Shown piece by piece: positions 1 through 13,542 of a stretch of 64,000 nt of DNA (the stretch's first letter is position 1; the number at the start of each line of letters is the position of its first letter). A model generated the notes under the pieces. That model did not search any database and was not told the origin of the DNA. It saw nothing but the letters and a program-made list of their open reading frames with translations. Where the stretch lies: positions 16,058,001-16,122,000 of the forward strand of contig NC_043016.1 in the NCBI RefSeq assembly GCF_006345805.1. Reading direction: 5' to 3'. Source of the stretch: Octopus sinensis. Its lineage: Eukaryota. A program made the translations under genes and the position numbers.

Positions 1-769
1 TCGATGAAAAATGTGAAAACAGAAAGAGAAGAGTCAATATCTATGATTCCCATGAATAAGCGATATAAAATGAAACGTATGCGACTGGGAATAGAAACCG
101 ACTGATTCCCCACTGCTCTGTAGAAACTTGTTAGGTCCTTGTTTCTTGTATTTTAATACAGTAAAGTAAGGAAGGGTAGCGGTCACGGCTACTTATTTTT
201 TCAGGACTTCCGAGACTGATGGGGAGGAAGGGAGAAAGTTACCCTCTAACCAGAGGAGACCTGGCCCATTTGCAACAGAGAATGCCTCTTACTCCTCTCC
301 GAAAGGACCACGAGGTTGTGTCAGATTGGATGACGGTCAAAGTCTTCCACTTGGGAATTCAAACGCAAAGAACCAAAACAAATACACTACCATTCCATCG
401 TCCAGGATCGATACTTTATTTTATCGACACTCAAAACAGGTGAAAGGCAAAATTGTCTTGGTGCCATTTGAACTCAGTGTGTAGAGAATTGGAACAAAAG
501 CCGAATACTGCTTTCTCTGGTACACAACTTCACGCGTGTATGGGGCAGTGTAACGTAGTGTCGATTAAATACGATCCCAGCACATGACTGGTACTTATGT
601 CATCAACAACGCGAAAAAAGGTTTAAAGTAAATTCGACGCCAACAGGATTTTAACCAAGAACGTAGAAGAGTAATTCTTAAAACTGTCAAGCAATCTATT
701 CAGTACTATCGTCATGGCTAGTATTTCCCCTTTAAATATATTTTTTAAAAATTTCAAATTTTGGCACAA

Positions 770-965
770 GGCCAACAGTTTAAGAGGGAGGAGCTTAATC
801 GATTACATTAATACCAGTACTTGACTGGTACTTAATTTTATCGACCCGAGAAAGATGAAAGACAAAGTTAACCTCAGCGGGGATTTGAACTCGGAGTACA
901 ATAAGTCAGAAGAGATGACGCTGAACATATTGTCCAACACTCTGATCCTGTCAACTCGCTGCCTA
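770..965 (-). mobile_element. tRNA-derived SINE family C, decayed copy
   Basis: Reverse-complement similarity to the intact copy at 59823-60052 (gactggtacttaattttatcgacc...gatgaaagacaaagtt...gatttgaactc); another fragment lies at about 440-660. Confidence 0.7.
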
Positions 966-2394
966 ATTAAACGAAGTTTTAATTACTTTTAAATAAGCAC
1001 AAGACCAAATATGGAAGGAGTGAAGTATTTAGATTTACTGTCACCCGCCCTTCCTCTAGTATAATGGATGGAAAGTTATGTCGCCTTCAACAGAATCTTA
1101 GATACGATGATTGTAGAGAACCCAAACCGATTTCCAGTGTATTAAATGTGATAGCATTCCTAAGTAAATAAATAAAGATCAAATTTGAAATAAAGTTTGT
1201 ATTTTGTAGGAATCTGAAGAATCTAATGTTTTCAGAACTGGTCCCAACTTCTGTTTTTCCTCTTTCAGACATGATCAGTCTTTCCCAAAATAATGTCACA
1301 TTCCTCTCTTCCCGTCACATACAAACTTATACAAATATATCCATGAAATTAGCTGAATAATTTTAGCCGATGCTGATTTCATGGAGTCCTTTTATTTTTC
1401 TCTTTTAAATAAATAAAAGATCACCTTAATAAGGTAAAGAGCGTCGTTGTTGACACCAAACTACAACCCTCATACAAACATTCCACCACCATCACTACTA
1501 CTACTACAACAACAACAACAACAACAACTACTACTACTACTTTCTTTGGTGCGAACTCTACGAAGCAAAAGGTAAAGATTCTTCTCAACCAAAATACTCG
1601 AAACAGTTGCAATAAATGAATGTGTGTATAAGTTGACTTGGAGGTGTTTAAAAGAAACGTTAACCGCAATCTTACGGCCGGCCCTCGGACGGTTTGTGAT
1701 GACTATAGACACAAAAGGATTCGATGAGAGGACATAAAAGGGTTCTTTGAGAGGGGATTCCAGCAAGTAGTAAAATCGTACAGGGAGTCGGAAATATTCT
1801 AGGATCCGTTTGGCTGCCAAGATTTTAAAAAAAGCTTATTGAAAATTTTAAAACTGAGTACATTAATGTAGTTTTTCCAAACTAAATTGCTGGAGATATT
1901 TCACTTTTTCCAGAAATTAAAAAAAAAAGTTATAGAGGTTTAAAGTTTGATCCTTTTCACCCAGTCAAGAAAAAGGATCTGAAAGCTGTCATTTTGTGCG
2001 TGACTGCACATTTTGTCAACATCCTGAAAATAGTATGTTTGCTTTTATATGAAGCCGTAAACAAATGAATTACACACGACAAAACTTTCTTTTTTAATTT
2101 ACAGAAAATTTTTGCGAATTTGTATTCTATGTGTGGAAATTCATGCGATTAAACCCCACGACCACCACCAAAAATTGCGAGGGTGCGTGATTTAAGGCCC
2201 ATTTAGCTGTTATTTTTAGCACGTTTCACAACCCCCTCAATGAAAAAAAACAAACAAAACAAACAAAAAAGGGAGTAAGCAACACATATTTTGTAATTTT
2301 AAGCATTCAATATGTATTTAAGGCGATAAGCAGAATAAATTAACAGATTAAATATTTTTCAAACTAAGAAACTTGTAGCACAAACTTAAGAGAT

Positions 2395-2870
2395 ATGAAT
2401 CTACCATAGAACAGTGAGTGTCACAGCGTCGTTTATTACCTGGCTTTACAGAGGCCCACCTACTCTCCACTTGTTGAGTGTGGGTACCATCTTTCCAGTT
2501 AACAAACCCAATGCCTCCAGTGTGTCACTATTCCGACATGGCACCGCATAAAGAAAAAAACCTGTCTAGTCTCGCGACACACTCCTCTGAGAACCCACTG
2601 CTCAGGTAGGACCCTTCGTCGGTTGTACTTATGTCTTGAGAAGACTGCTTCATTGATCTCAGCAATCTTGCCAGGACCGCCAACCTTAACTGGATGACGG
2701 AGCAGATCCTCTGCACATACTTCCCTAACGTAGCTGTTATAATCAACAGCTGTGCAATGGTTGATCCCCAGCTCTTCAACACATAACTGGACTGAAGTCA
2801 ATTCCTTAACCGATGAGTAAGGGTAAAAACCTACAGTCCTAAGAGGAAGGACGCCACCTTCCAACCATGT
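2395..2870 (-). mobile_element. Merlin/ISXO2 (IS1595-like) DDE transposase pseudogene fragment
   Basis: ORF 2499-2864 reads VGGPGKIAEINEAVFSRHKYNRRRVLPEQWVLRGVCRET; after a frameshift FLYAVPCRNSDTL; after a deletion GTHTQQVESRWASVKPGNKRRCDTHCSMVDS. These are typical Merlin transposase motifs. Confidence 0.85.
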
Positions 2871-3925
2871 CTTTCCTCACTGACACAGACTCATGGCATC
2901 CTTGGCGCGAGCATATTATCAATACATAATCCCACCACGTTTTCTTCTACTCATAAAATGCTTCTTCGTTTTGCATAATTTTCTTTTGGGTATAACACAC
3001 TTTTCTTGCAAGTACGAAACCGCATGATTTAAAGCCTATTTAGCTGTTATTTTTAGCACATATGACAACCGCCTAAATGACTCGAATATATTTGTCAACA
3101 CGTGCTTTCTTGCAGACGAAAGAGTTCTCACGTTTAGTTTGTTACTATGGAAACAGGCTTGAATGTGTTTGCGGCTTACGATTGGCTAAAATTACCCCAA
3201 ATTTTCAAACTTTAAAAGCTAATAAACTCTTTATTGATTTATAGCGAAAATGATTTTCATTGCATTGATTAGCACATAAAAGTATATAATTACACTGAAT
3301 ATGAGAAAAGCCAATCAGAAAAGATCCCTAGGATCTCATAAAACCTTCTACAAATGGAGAAGACCTTTAATGCAGCCTCGTATTAAAAACGAAAAAGAAA
3401 AAAAATCATTGTTCCGTCTAAAAAGAGGAATAATACATCTATTATAATCTTAAATACACTTATGTCTAAATAAAAGAGGGGATGGTTTCAGTTTGTGTTT
3501 AGGGGTTTGCTTCGGCAGCGATAATCTGGGATTGGACAAGAATAAGAACGTTTTCAGATTTTTAAAAATATTCGTGGTTTCACTGAACTAAAACATAAAG
3601 CGAAGACGGCACACCACCCGGAGTACGTTTTGAAAAGGGACAACTAGTACACTACAAATGTATAACACCACCAGCACTACAATGACATCAAGAAAAAAAA
3701 AAAATAAGACCAAAAAAAAAAACAAAAAAAAAAAAACAATTACAGCAACAGCAAGAATAACAAAAAACAAACAAAAAGGAACAAGATATTGGAATATTGT
3801 CGGTAGCCCAATTTCGCACGACTAGCGTCAAAATGGGGGGTGGGGTGTTTTTCGTATAATTAAGGATGAATTAGCTCGTTAGAAAATCTCCTTTAAGAGA
3901 TGGAAGTTGTAACTATACTGAGAAA

Positions 3926-4095
3926 TAATGTTTATCGCCACTTCAACATGGCTGTTCCGTAGGACAGCTGGAGCGAACTACTGCTATCTCTAGCAGACGG
4001 GTATCCACCACTGAGGATGAGCACAAATAGCTCGAAACCGGACGGTCTGGTTGTCTTGTCGTCGCTGGAAGATGGCGGGGTTCGTTCCCCTGCTT

Positions 4096-4162
<67 letters not shown>

Positions 4163-4274
4163 TCGGGTGCAGATTGCATCAATCACCAGCTGGAGGAGTT
4201 GCCCGCCTGGGGTTAAAAATTGTAATAACGTTGGTTCCTATGAAACTGCCATGTTGAAGTGGCGATAAATATTA
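3926..4274 (+). mobile_element. Non-coding element with 39-bp inverted termini, internal hammerhead and (TA)n tract
   Basis: 3926-3964 is the reverse complement of 4236-4274 with 4 mismatches (core tttatcgccacttcaacatggc is perfect). Confidence 0.8.
4007..4051 (+). ncRNA. Minimal type-I hammerhead ribozyme motif
   Basis: ACCA-CTGAGGA-T-GAGC-acaaata-GCTC-GAAA-CCG-ga-CGG-TC^TGGT: CUGANGA core, 4-bp stem II, GAAA, stem III, GUC cleavage triplet, 4-bp stem I. Confidence 0.75.
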
Positions 4275-5308
4275 TGGATGAATTAATTTCTCTTTATCAA
4301 GAAAACTTTGTTGCTTGCAGAAACCCCTTATCTTGGCTCCTTGAGTCCACCACAAAGAAACATTTTTTTGTTGTTCTTTTGTTAAGAGACAGTTCTTTAA
4401 TTCTGTCTTGTTCCTTGTTTTAAACCACCACAGCCAAAAATAATGTTAAAATAATATTTAAACTTGACCAAATAATCAGATAAAAAAAAGGGGGAACTCA
4501 ATAATCTTATCCAAAACAGATAGACAAGACAAAAATATAAATAAAAACTAAAAAAAGAAGGGGTGAAGAATACCATTTATTCCCTTCTGTTTTAATAGAA
4601 TATACCATTAAAATTATTCGGAACTGATTAATGTAACATGCTGTTCATATATGCTACATACCACAATAGTGAAAACATTCATTAAAATTTTGCTTTGCTT
4701 AATCACGAACAACATTTTATTAACTTATCATTATTATTGTTGTTGTTGTTGTTGTTGTTATCATCATCATCATCGTCATACAAACCTATTTTTGACTGAA
4801 CACAGTCATAGCTCAGTTTGTGTTGTGTGTTTAAAAAGAACCATTCTTAATGCTTGTTTTGAATGCTCTTCACTTCCTTCCACGTGTGTAGGTATGTGTG
4901 TCTGTTCGTTTACACACATGTACGCATGCATGCATCAGTTTGTGTGAAAACTAGGAGGGGATCTAGATTAAGCTGTTTCACATTATGTGCGTGTAGATGC
5001 GAGAGAAAGAGTTTGTGTGTGTGTGCGTGCGCGCGTACGTGCAGCGTGGTTATGTGCAAGCGCATGCAGCAGGGAGAGAAAGTGGGTGGATGGACGGGTG
5101 AGGGCTGCATTCTGTGTTTTTTCTTTTCTTTTTGTCGTTCTTTTTTTTTTTATTCAATCCCGGTCTAGAATGGTGTGTTCGGGAGAAAACTGGGTAAGCT
5201 CAGTGTGAGGTAAATGTTCAGTTTTGAACCGTTGCAAGCTAATAACCCGAGTTAGGGTATGGGTAGGAGGGGTAACGTGGCCAGCAGGATTTCCTGAGGG
5301 ATATGGTC

Positions 5309-5348
<40 letters not shown>

Positions 5349-5610
5349 GCAGGCACTGTCTATTATGTGTTGTGGTTGATGGTGGTATACAGTGTATCGT
5401 AAAGATGATGAAAAACAGTGAATGCATTGAACAAATGAAGAATAATTTCTATGAATTCATATTCAACAGCCAAACATTGTGGACAGACTTTACACTTTAT
5501 AAGCTTTATTTTTTAATTATTATCATTATTAGTCACAGGAAGAGGGATATTGCTTACAATATTTGCAAGTCCTCATTCTAGGCTGGTGCCAAGATTTATG
5601 ACCGACATAT

Positions 5611-6310
5611 GGATCTTTTCGGTTTGAAAGGCAGTTTTGTAAAATAATTTATATGTAACTAGAAAATTTTAAACTTCGTATACTGGTAGAATGTGTTTAT
5701 AAAACATCTTTTTCTCTTGGCTTTATTGAGAAAATTCTGTAGTTTGAAAGATATTTGGTCTTTAATTTCTTGCATTTCGGCAATTTCAACCAATCAATGA
5801 CGTCTATTGGGGTGAAAACAATATCTGCCGAAGTCTGTCAACAGCAATTTTTTTGCGGTGTCATATGAAAATGTCCTTAAGAAACAGATTGGATTTATTT
5901 ACATTTCTGAAGAAAAAAAGATACCCTTCCCCCACCCCTAACCCTAACCAACCCCAAAACAGATTGAAATGCAATAGATCGATACTAGGGTCATAATTAT
6001 GGGTGGACACTAAAGAGTAAATAAACCCAATCTGTTTCTTAGGGACATTTTCATATGACACCGCAAAAAATTGCTGTTGACAGACTTCGGCAGATATTGT
6101 TTTCACCTCAATAGACGGTCATTGATTGGTTGAAATTGCCGAAATGCAAGAAATTAAAGACCAAATATCTTACAAACTACAGAATTTTGTCAATAAAGCC
6201 AAGAAAAAAAAGATGTTTTATAAACACATTTTACCAGTATACGAAGTTTAATATTTTTTAGTTTCATATGAATTATGTTAAAAAACTGCCGTTCAAACCG
6301 AAAAGATTCC
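5611..6310. mobile_element. Merlin-type MITE, foldback variant (about 280-bp inverted arms)
   Basis: Termini GGATCTTTTCGGTTTGAA(A)GGCAG...CTGCCGTTCAAACCGAAAAGATTCC; degenerate TSD cgacatat/cgacggatat; same family as 15202-15599. Confidence 0.85.
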
Positions 6311-6597
6311 CGACGGATATTCTTGTAATTGTCGTCAGTATAAGACTTTAGGCAAGAAGAGGTTCGGCTTAGCTTTTAGGGTTGCAATAGGGTTAAATCC
6401 ACTAAAAAGCATCGGCAAGACCAGTCGGACATATATTTCTTTTTATCGCTTTAGACTGGAGGGAAGGCAGTGTCCCTGGCCCTTCAAAGGGCATCTGAGA
6501 CGGGTGGGGAAGGAGGGAAGAGAGAACAAAGTAGTTTTAAACCGGGAACTGGCCTGAATACTCTGCAGCAGACTAGAGTCCGTCAAAGGCATCAACG

Positions 6598-6723
<126 letters not shown>

Positions 6724-8304
6724 GGAGAAGAGCGAAGAAAAGAGCAAGGAAAGGTGGGGGTGTAAGGAAGAAAGAGAAAGGAAAAGTGAAAAAGAGGAAA
6801 AGAAACACGAGACAGATGGTGTTAAACGGGGCGATAAGCCTATAAACCTAGTATGTTAGAGTAGCATTTGAACCCAGAAAGCAGAGTCGGAAAAAATTCT
6901 ATAAGATATCCCACAACTAAATTCTATCAGTCCACCGCCCCAAACACTTGAAAGAATAAGTTGACCACGGCGAGTTTTGAACTCGCACGCAAGGAGCCAA
7001 AAATAAATACCATAAGATAGTTGGTGTGATGCTCTTATCGTTTTGCTGTAACATAGCTAGGGTTGTCCTTGATCGAACAGAGATATTATCGAAAGCGTTC
7101 CGGCCATAACTATCACACACACATATACACATGTTGACCTGACATTTGCAATAAAAAGTATACCTGCAAAAAGCCGATAGAGAAAGATAAATTGTGTAAA
7201 ATGCCTATTACAAAACGAAAGTTTAAGAGAACGGTTTAAACATTGTCAAAGTCCTTTCAATGACATCATTAGTTGATTGATTGAGAGAGAGAGAGATCAC
7301 ATACATTTTGTGCAGTAATTGTAACACACTTTGTTTTAGACCATCATTGAGTAAAAAAAAACAAACAAGATGAGTGGGTAAACGAAAGCCTAAAAATTGG
7401 CGCTGCTCTTTTGTTGGCAATTGATGAAAAAATATTAAGGACGATGCTGAAAAAATGAAAAAATCAAATCGGTGGTTTCTCTTCCTTTTTGCCCAAACGA
7501 TGCAGTTTATAAAAACAAAAACAAGTACACTGCATTTATTTAACTAACAAAGGGAAAAAAATCTCGACTTTCAATCTAGAAAAGTTTGTTTTATAGCATT
7601 TTCTATATATTTAAAAAAAAATAAAATAAACAATTTTCTTTGACAAAATACCGATGAATATAATGTGTTTTGTGTCAAGGACAACTGCAAGTGTCTTGAT
7701 AAAGCTTTAGCTTTTATTGATAAACTGAAGATAAACATCAATTTAGCGGAATTGCTAGAAATAGCAATTCAATCTCTCCGAAACAGTACAATTGGATAAC
7801 GTAGTTTGAAGGTTAAAAAAGAAAAGATGGCCAGACCTGTTTTATCAGAGTTGACCCTGACCGTAATATAGCAACAATCAAAGTACTGTTGCTCAAAGTT
7901 GCACGAAATAGCAGCCAAATCTCACTCAACTTGCACCCTACTATCTTTTCATCCCCTTTTCAAGCCAATCTCCTTTATAAAGCAAATATACTGGGACCCT
8001 ATATGGTGCTTATTTATTGACTGCAGTCCACAGTATGCCTAGATTCAGGTTGGGCCCCCGGGTAGCTGCTTAGTGAGGGGCCATGTCTTAAATCGGCGGT
8101 ATTGTAAAATTGAAGAGTATACTATTGGCCTGCAGTGCCGAGTTGATTTAATACGAGAGCATTCCACCCGAGAATAGGTTAAGACTTTCGATACTGAAAA
8201 TAAACCTAAGCGACCTGTTAGAAATAGCATCCAAACCTAACTTCTATTATCACTTTAAAGACTTTAAAAAAAAAGTATGATCAATGGGATAAAGTAATTT
8301 TGGA

Positions 8305-8815
8305 GGTTTAAGTGTTTCTAAGAAGAAAAAAAAGGAAGTAAACTGACTGGAAACGAAGCCGTAAAACATCCTATAATTTCATAGAGACCGTAATGCGAAG
8401 TAGTGACATCCCTTAATCTTATTAATGGAACTCTCCCCATTATGCCACGTCCACAAGCCCCATACATGTGTAATACTTCTTAGGGGTATCTTAAGTATTT
8501 CAGAAATAACAACTGAGGTACGCCGTTCCAACTTATGACCACCACTAGAGACAAGGCAATTCGACGACTCGCATGTCAATGCATGATAGCCACTGTATTA
8601 CATGTGAGCAATAATCCTTGGATGACTACTGAGCTAATTTACAGAATGAAAGCTAGACACAGTGAACCGACAGGAAGCGATCGTCTTCCTTGTTCCGATC
8701 CATTCCGATCCATTCACATCGGTTAGATTACAGAGATTGTTTGCATGAAATTATAAAAATCTGCTGTCGTCTACCTTTACTTCCATTTTTTTAAAGCTTA
8801 AACTGCACGTTGTTA
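8305..8815. mobile_element. Unclassified interspersed element with imperfect inverted ends (GGAAGT...ACTTCC)
   Basis: Homologous to the split copy at 15150-15740 plus 16865-17100 (e.g. tgaaccgacaggaagcgat..tctt.cttgttcc.atccattc). Confidence 0.55.
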
Positions 8816-8959
8816 ACTCTTTGGGATAGACTGAAAAAAATTGGAGAAAAATAAAAGACAATCTGGTCACATCTCATTTGCTCAAAACGTAAGCTTTATC
8901 AGGACTGAAGGTAAGCTGCCTAACATAGCAGCCAGAGAAAAGCCTCTCTCCACGGTTAC

Positions 8960-9295
8960 TCTTTATACTTGTCTCAGTCATTTGACTGCGGCCATGCTGG
9001 AGCACCTCCTTTAGCCGAACACATCAACACCAGGACTTACTCTTTGTAAGCCTAGTACTTATTCTATCGGTATCTGTTGGCGAACCGCTATGTTACGGGG
9101 ACGTAAACATACCAACATCGGTTATGAAGCGATGGTGGGGGACAAACATCGACACAAACACACACACAAATATATATATGGGCTTTTTTCAATTTCCGTC
9201 CACCAGAATAGAAGACACTTTCCCAATGTGCCACACAGTGGGATTGAACTTGGAACCATGTGGTTGGGAAGCGAGTTTCTTACCACACAGCCATT
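8960..9295 (-). mobile_element. tRNA-derived CORE-type SINE family A
   Basis: Minus strand gives head ggctgtgtggtaagaa...gttcaatccc, a CORE-like ttgggaaagtgtcttc segment and tail ...cagtcaaatgactgagacaagt. Confidence 0.85.
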
Positions 9296-10379
9296 TAACT
9301 TTGGTAGAAATAGTAACCAAGTGTTCGTCACCTGAAACCCTATTGTCTTAAATCAGGCGAATATCCACTGGGAAATGCTATCCTGGATATACAATAAAAC
9401 AAAACAGCCATGACTAACAAGTAACTAAGCAACCGAGTCGTCGCTTAACTTCAGATCAAATACGATGACCTAAAGCTAAACCATGAAATAGACATTACCC
9501 AAGTTGTTCCAACCGTTTCTTTTTACAAACACAGTATACCTTGGATTATATTACCCAGTGTATACTTCCACTTTTTTTTTGTTACAGTAACGTGTAATAT
9601 GGGGGAAATTTGACTATTTCTACCAGATTGAGTAACCAACAATCAAAAAAAAAAAAACAGTTTCTCAACATGGAAATCTGGTAATTCAAAAAGTTTCCAG
9701 AAGATAACGAACTTGGGATACACTGATATAGAGTGTTCCTCGTTGGTTCGTACAACTGGGTGGATTGCCGAGGTTCATGAAAAGTCAGAAACAGGGTATT
9801 TGCGGTAGACACATGGTTTTGTGTTGTGTAGGTGCAGAAACTGTTAGCCGTAAACGTTACTTGTAAATGCATCATGTATTCTACAAGACTCAGGTGATGT
9901 TCCTTTGAGTAGTTCTCTCACATCTGCAGCCACTTATACATTCTGGACGGCATTCAGAGAAGAGCCTAACAGACACGCCACATCCTCTTGGTCGATATAT
10001 CTTCATTCTATTTCTTCTATCGTTACTATAATGGTCTTTCATCCCTACCTCTGGTTGCGGGTTACTATTTTCAGTCATTACTCCCCAGAATATTCACTTT
10101 CCGGAAAATTTTCTCTGCTTATTGCTTACTTGCATGTGTTGACCTGCAACATTTTAAATGGAATATCGACATCAGTTTTACGAGTCTATAAGCCAAGGGC
10201 ACTGTCCCTTCCTCCAGATTCAGCAAGCAGAAAAATATGTACATTTATATAATCGTAGCCCCTATACAAATCGTCTACATACATTCCACATCTGGTCAGA
10301 ACCTATTACAAGCTTCACAGAGGACTGCGGACACCATTGTACAAGTGCTATGGCGTGAATACCCAAGTCGGGTTTCCCT

Positions 10380-10535
10380 CAGTGGCGTAGCTAGAGTGTC
10401 TGTCGCCTGGGGTAGCCCAGAGAGTACCGCTTCCCCTCCGGGCCCTCAAAACTAAACAAGCTAACACAGCAGGCCCTAAAGTGCCACCCCAAGCAGCATG
10501 CCCCATGGCAAACGGCTCTTTTAGCTACCTACTTG
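10380..10535 (+). mobile_element. Short hAT-like MITE remnant
   Basis: Starts CAGTGGCGTAGCTAG and ends in degenerate inverted tagctacctacttg; no clear TSD. Confidence 0.45.
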
Positions 10536-10692
10536 TCCCCTAGTATCTTTAACTATCACAAAACTCACTGAATGTGGACGGCTATTTCGGTTGTGTGTGT
10601 TAGACATGTCACTACACATACATACTACTCTTATTCTTTTACTTGTTTCAGTCATTCAACTGTGGCCACGCAGGAACACCGCCTTATATATA

Positions 10693-10731
<39 letters not shown>

Positions 10732-13542
10732 TACATAAACACACACAATTTACATACATTCATCTATACCTACCATTTATAATATAAAATTGTTTTCTTT
10801 AATACGATATTTTTTCTCCTCTAAATTAAATAATAACAGGGCCCTTGGTAAATACCACGACTGACACACACCATTCAGCGGTGTGTGTGTGTGTGTGAGT
10901 GTGCAAATGCGCCAGTGTTATGCGAGAGTCAGTGAGTGTGTATGTGTGGGGAAGTTATTGTATTAATGTTTTTCATGTGTTGAATTTCCTGTATGCTGGC
11001 GCTCACAAAGCAATCTGAATGTCTGTCTATATTGTATGTATGCATGTATTAATGTGCCCCTCCTCTCTACTTGTGTCCATATGTGCATAAAAGAGATTCT
11101 ATGTATTTTGTGTGTATGTATTTTCTCTCTGCGTGTGTCTGAGAGAGAGAGGGAGGGAGGGGAGAGGAGAAGAGACAGTGCAAGTTTATTCTTTGTTTAT
11201 TTTTTCCTGTAAATATATATTGTATCTGAGGACTTGAAATTGACGGATAGATTCCCTGCATTGTTATTTTATGTAACAATAGGCAGACAGTATCATTTAA
11301 CATAGAATAAAATAATTATAAAAAGAACAGCTAAAATCATACGAATCTACCCCCCCCCCCTGCCACGCAAAATAGAGAAAAACGACAAATTTAAAAAGAT
11401 ATTTCTCTTGCCAAGAAACTGCAATGGTGTTGCCAAAACGTTTCAATAAAACTATAAAAGGTTTCTAAATTTTAAACATGGATTATTATGGTTGTTATAT
11501 CGACTGAGAGGAGTGGATGGGGAGAAAGAAAAAGGGGATGTTGTGAGGTTCATGCGTTTTTTTCCTTTTTTAAAGAGTCAACTGGCAGAGTTATTAGAGA
11601 ATCCAGCAGAATGCTTAGTAATATCTGTTCTGAACCTCAGCACTCTTGAGTTCAAATCTCGACGAGATCAACTTTACCTTTCATTCTTTCAGGTGAAAGA
11701 AGGTATCATTCCAAAGTGGTGGATCAGCGGAACTGTAAGAACGTCAGATTGGATACTTTGCAGAATTTTTTCCTTTTTTGCGTTCTGAATTTAAATCCTA
11801 CCATGGCCTTCTTGGATGGTACACTATCTGTCGCCTGTTTAATACTAGTAGTTAGTACCTTGTGTGACTTTAATGGCGTCCAATCTGTTTTAAGCCTTGG
11901 GGTCACGTTTCGGTTTGAAGATACCTTCCACACTCCCTCCCAAAACCACAGAGGCCTTGTAGCGGGGCACGCGTACTGCTTACTCTCCTTGACTGAAAAT
12001 ATTATATATATATAAAGTAAACCAATGCAGTATATCTGCCTAACCTCAAAAGTAGTCCGAAGTTGAGTTCGTCTTTACTTCCGAGCCAAAACTTTCTCCA
12101 GAAATGCTTGGTCTTGCTTTTAGGTTAAACGAAAAGAAATCCAGCCAGAAGATAAAAACAAAAATTGGGTCGTTTAGTCAACGTCTTTCAGTAGAAACAT
12201 GTCACTCTACAGGTCGATGAGAGCAAATATATCAGATGAACCATAATCGCTGAAAAACCAAGAAATACTAACCAAATACCCTTTAATCGTACAATGCCAT
12301 CTAAATAAATAAAGGATATATTGAATAATGTATTCTAGGGTAACCTTACCTAAAAAAAGGAAATAAAAAAGACACGATGGTCCGAATTGACCATTTTTGA
12401 TCTTGGGTGTGCAAGATCAGGCTAGTCTTGAGTTTAAATAATTATAACGAAAGTCCTTTTGATGAATATACACATCTGTTGCATAGAAATACACATTATT
12501 AGGCGTTGTATGCAGAAAATCGATACAAGTTCAATGGAAGACTGTTTTATTATGTTGCGAATATCGATAGGAAAACGAATCCAAGGCAAAAACACCGAAA
12601 AAAAAACAAAACAAAACAAAAGCTGGAAAACAAAGTCAATAAAACTTCAATAAAAAAACTGATTTAATGTTTTCATTTTCTTTCAATGTTTTCCCCACGT
12701 ATCTATAATTACTATTTATATAAAATCTTTCAGGAAAAACATCAAAATAAATTTAATTTCAGAAAATTGTGTTGTCATTGTTTACAAACCATGTGTATTG
12801 TCAGTTAATAAACTGACTTAAAATATTACTTAATTATAGTATCATTTACGGTAGTTAAGTGAAATATATTTTCTCACTCGCATTGATTTTTATTTCCGTT
12901 CATCGAGAGAGTTTCTGAACTCACGGCAATGACGGGGACCTAAGCATGGAATTGAGAATGGTTAGAAATAGCAATTAGATCACCTTCATATAAAATTAAC
13001 TCATTTTCTTGGACGGAGTTTGGATTAAGCATCTCTTACTTCAGGGGAAATAAGAAGAGTTGGTTTTCTTCTTTAAATAAATAAATAAAATATTTCTGTT
13101 TCATACAGCGGAAATTACAATTCTGAAAAAAATTTTAAAATAAAAATTTCGATTTTTTAACATTTTCTCATCCTCGCTGCCACTACTTCCGTAAATTTCT
13201 CGTTTCCCATTGAAGTACGAGGCGTCTAATTCGGAACTCCGCCCTTTTCTTAATATACGAATACCACATTAGGCAACGTGATCTATGAGAGGGCCACGGC
13301 TGGAACATCTTTGTTTATATGTTTACTTGATCAGAGTTAACAAGGAGCTAAATAACTAATTAATGAAACTGGTCCGGAATCATTCACGGAAGTTCTTATG
13401 TTACAGAAAACCTACAAACAAGAGACGTGACAGGGATTACAACTATGGAATGAAAGAGAGCTCCATGAATTTCTAAGAATACAGATGACCGAGTTGTTTT
13501 GTTTAAACCAGGTGAACTCTGTTTCAGCAGACCTATCAAAGG

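Noticed and set aside
216-325. CTGATGG...CTCC-GAAAG hammerhead-like spacing
   Set aside because: Core is CUGAUGG, and there is no stem I or III pairing or properly placed triplet
3507-3519. ttgcttcggcagc resembling the U6 snRNA 5' end
   Set aside because: Only about 13 nt match; no ACAGAGA box or remaining U6 sequence
9850-10200. Possible old LINE or transposase coding remnant on the minus strand
   Set aside because: No motif I can identify with confidence
13410-13512. AG...GT-bounded segment that could be an exon
   Set aside because: Stops in all three frames, weak donor, no recognisable protein
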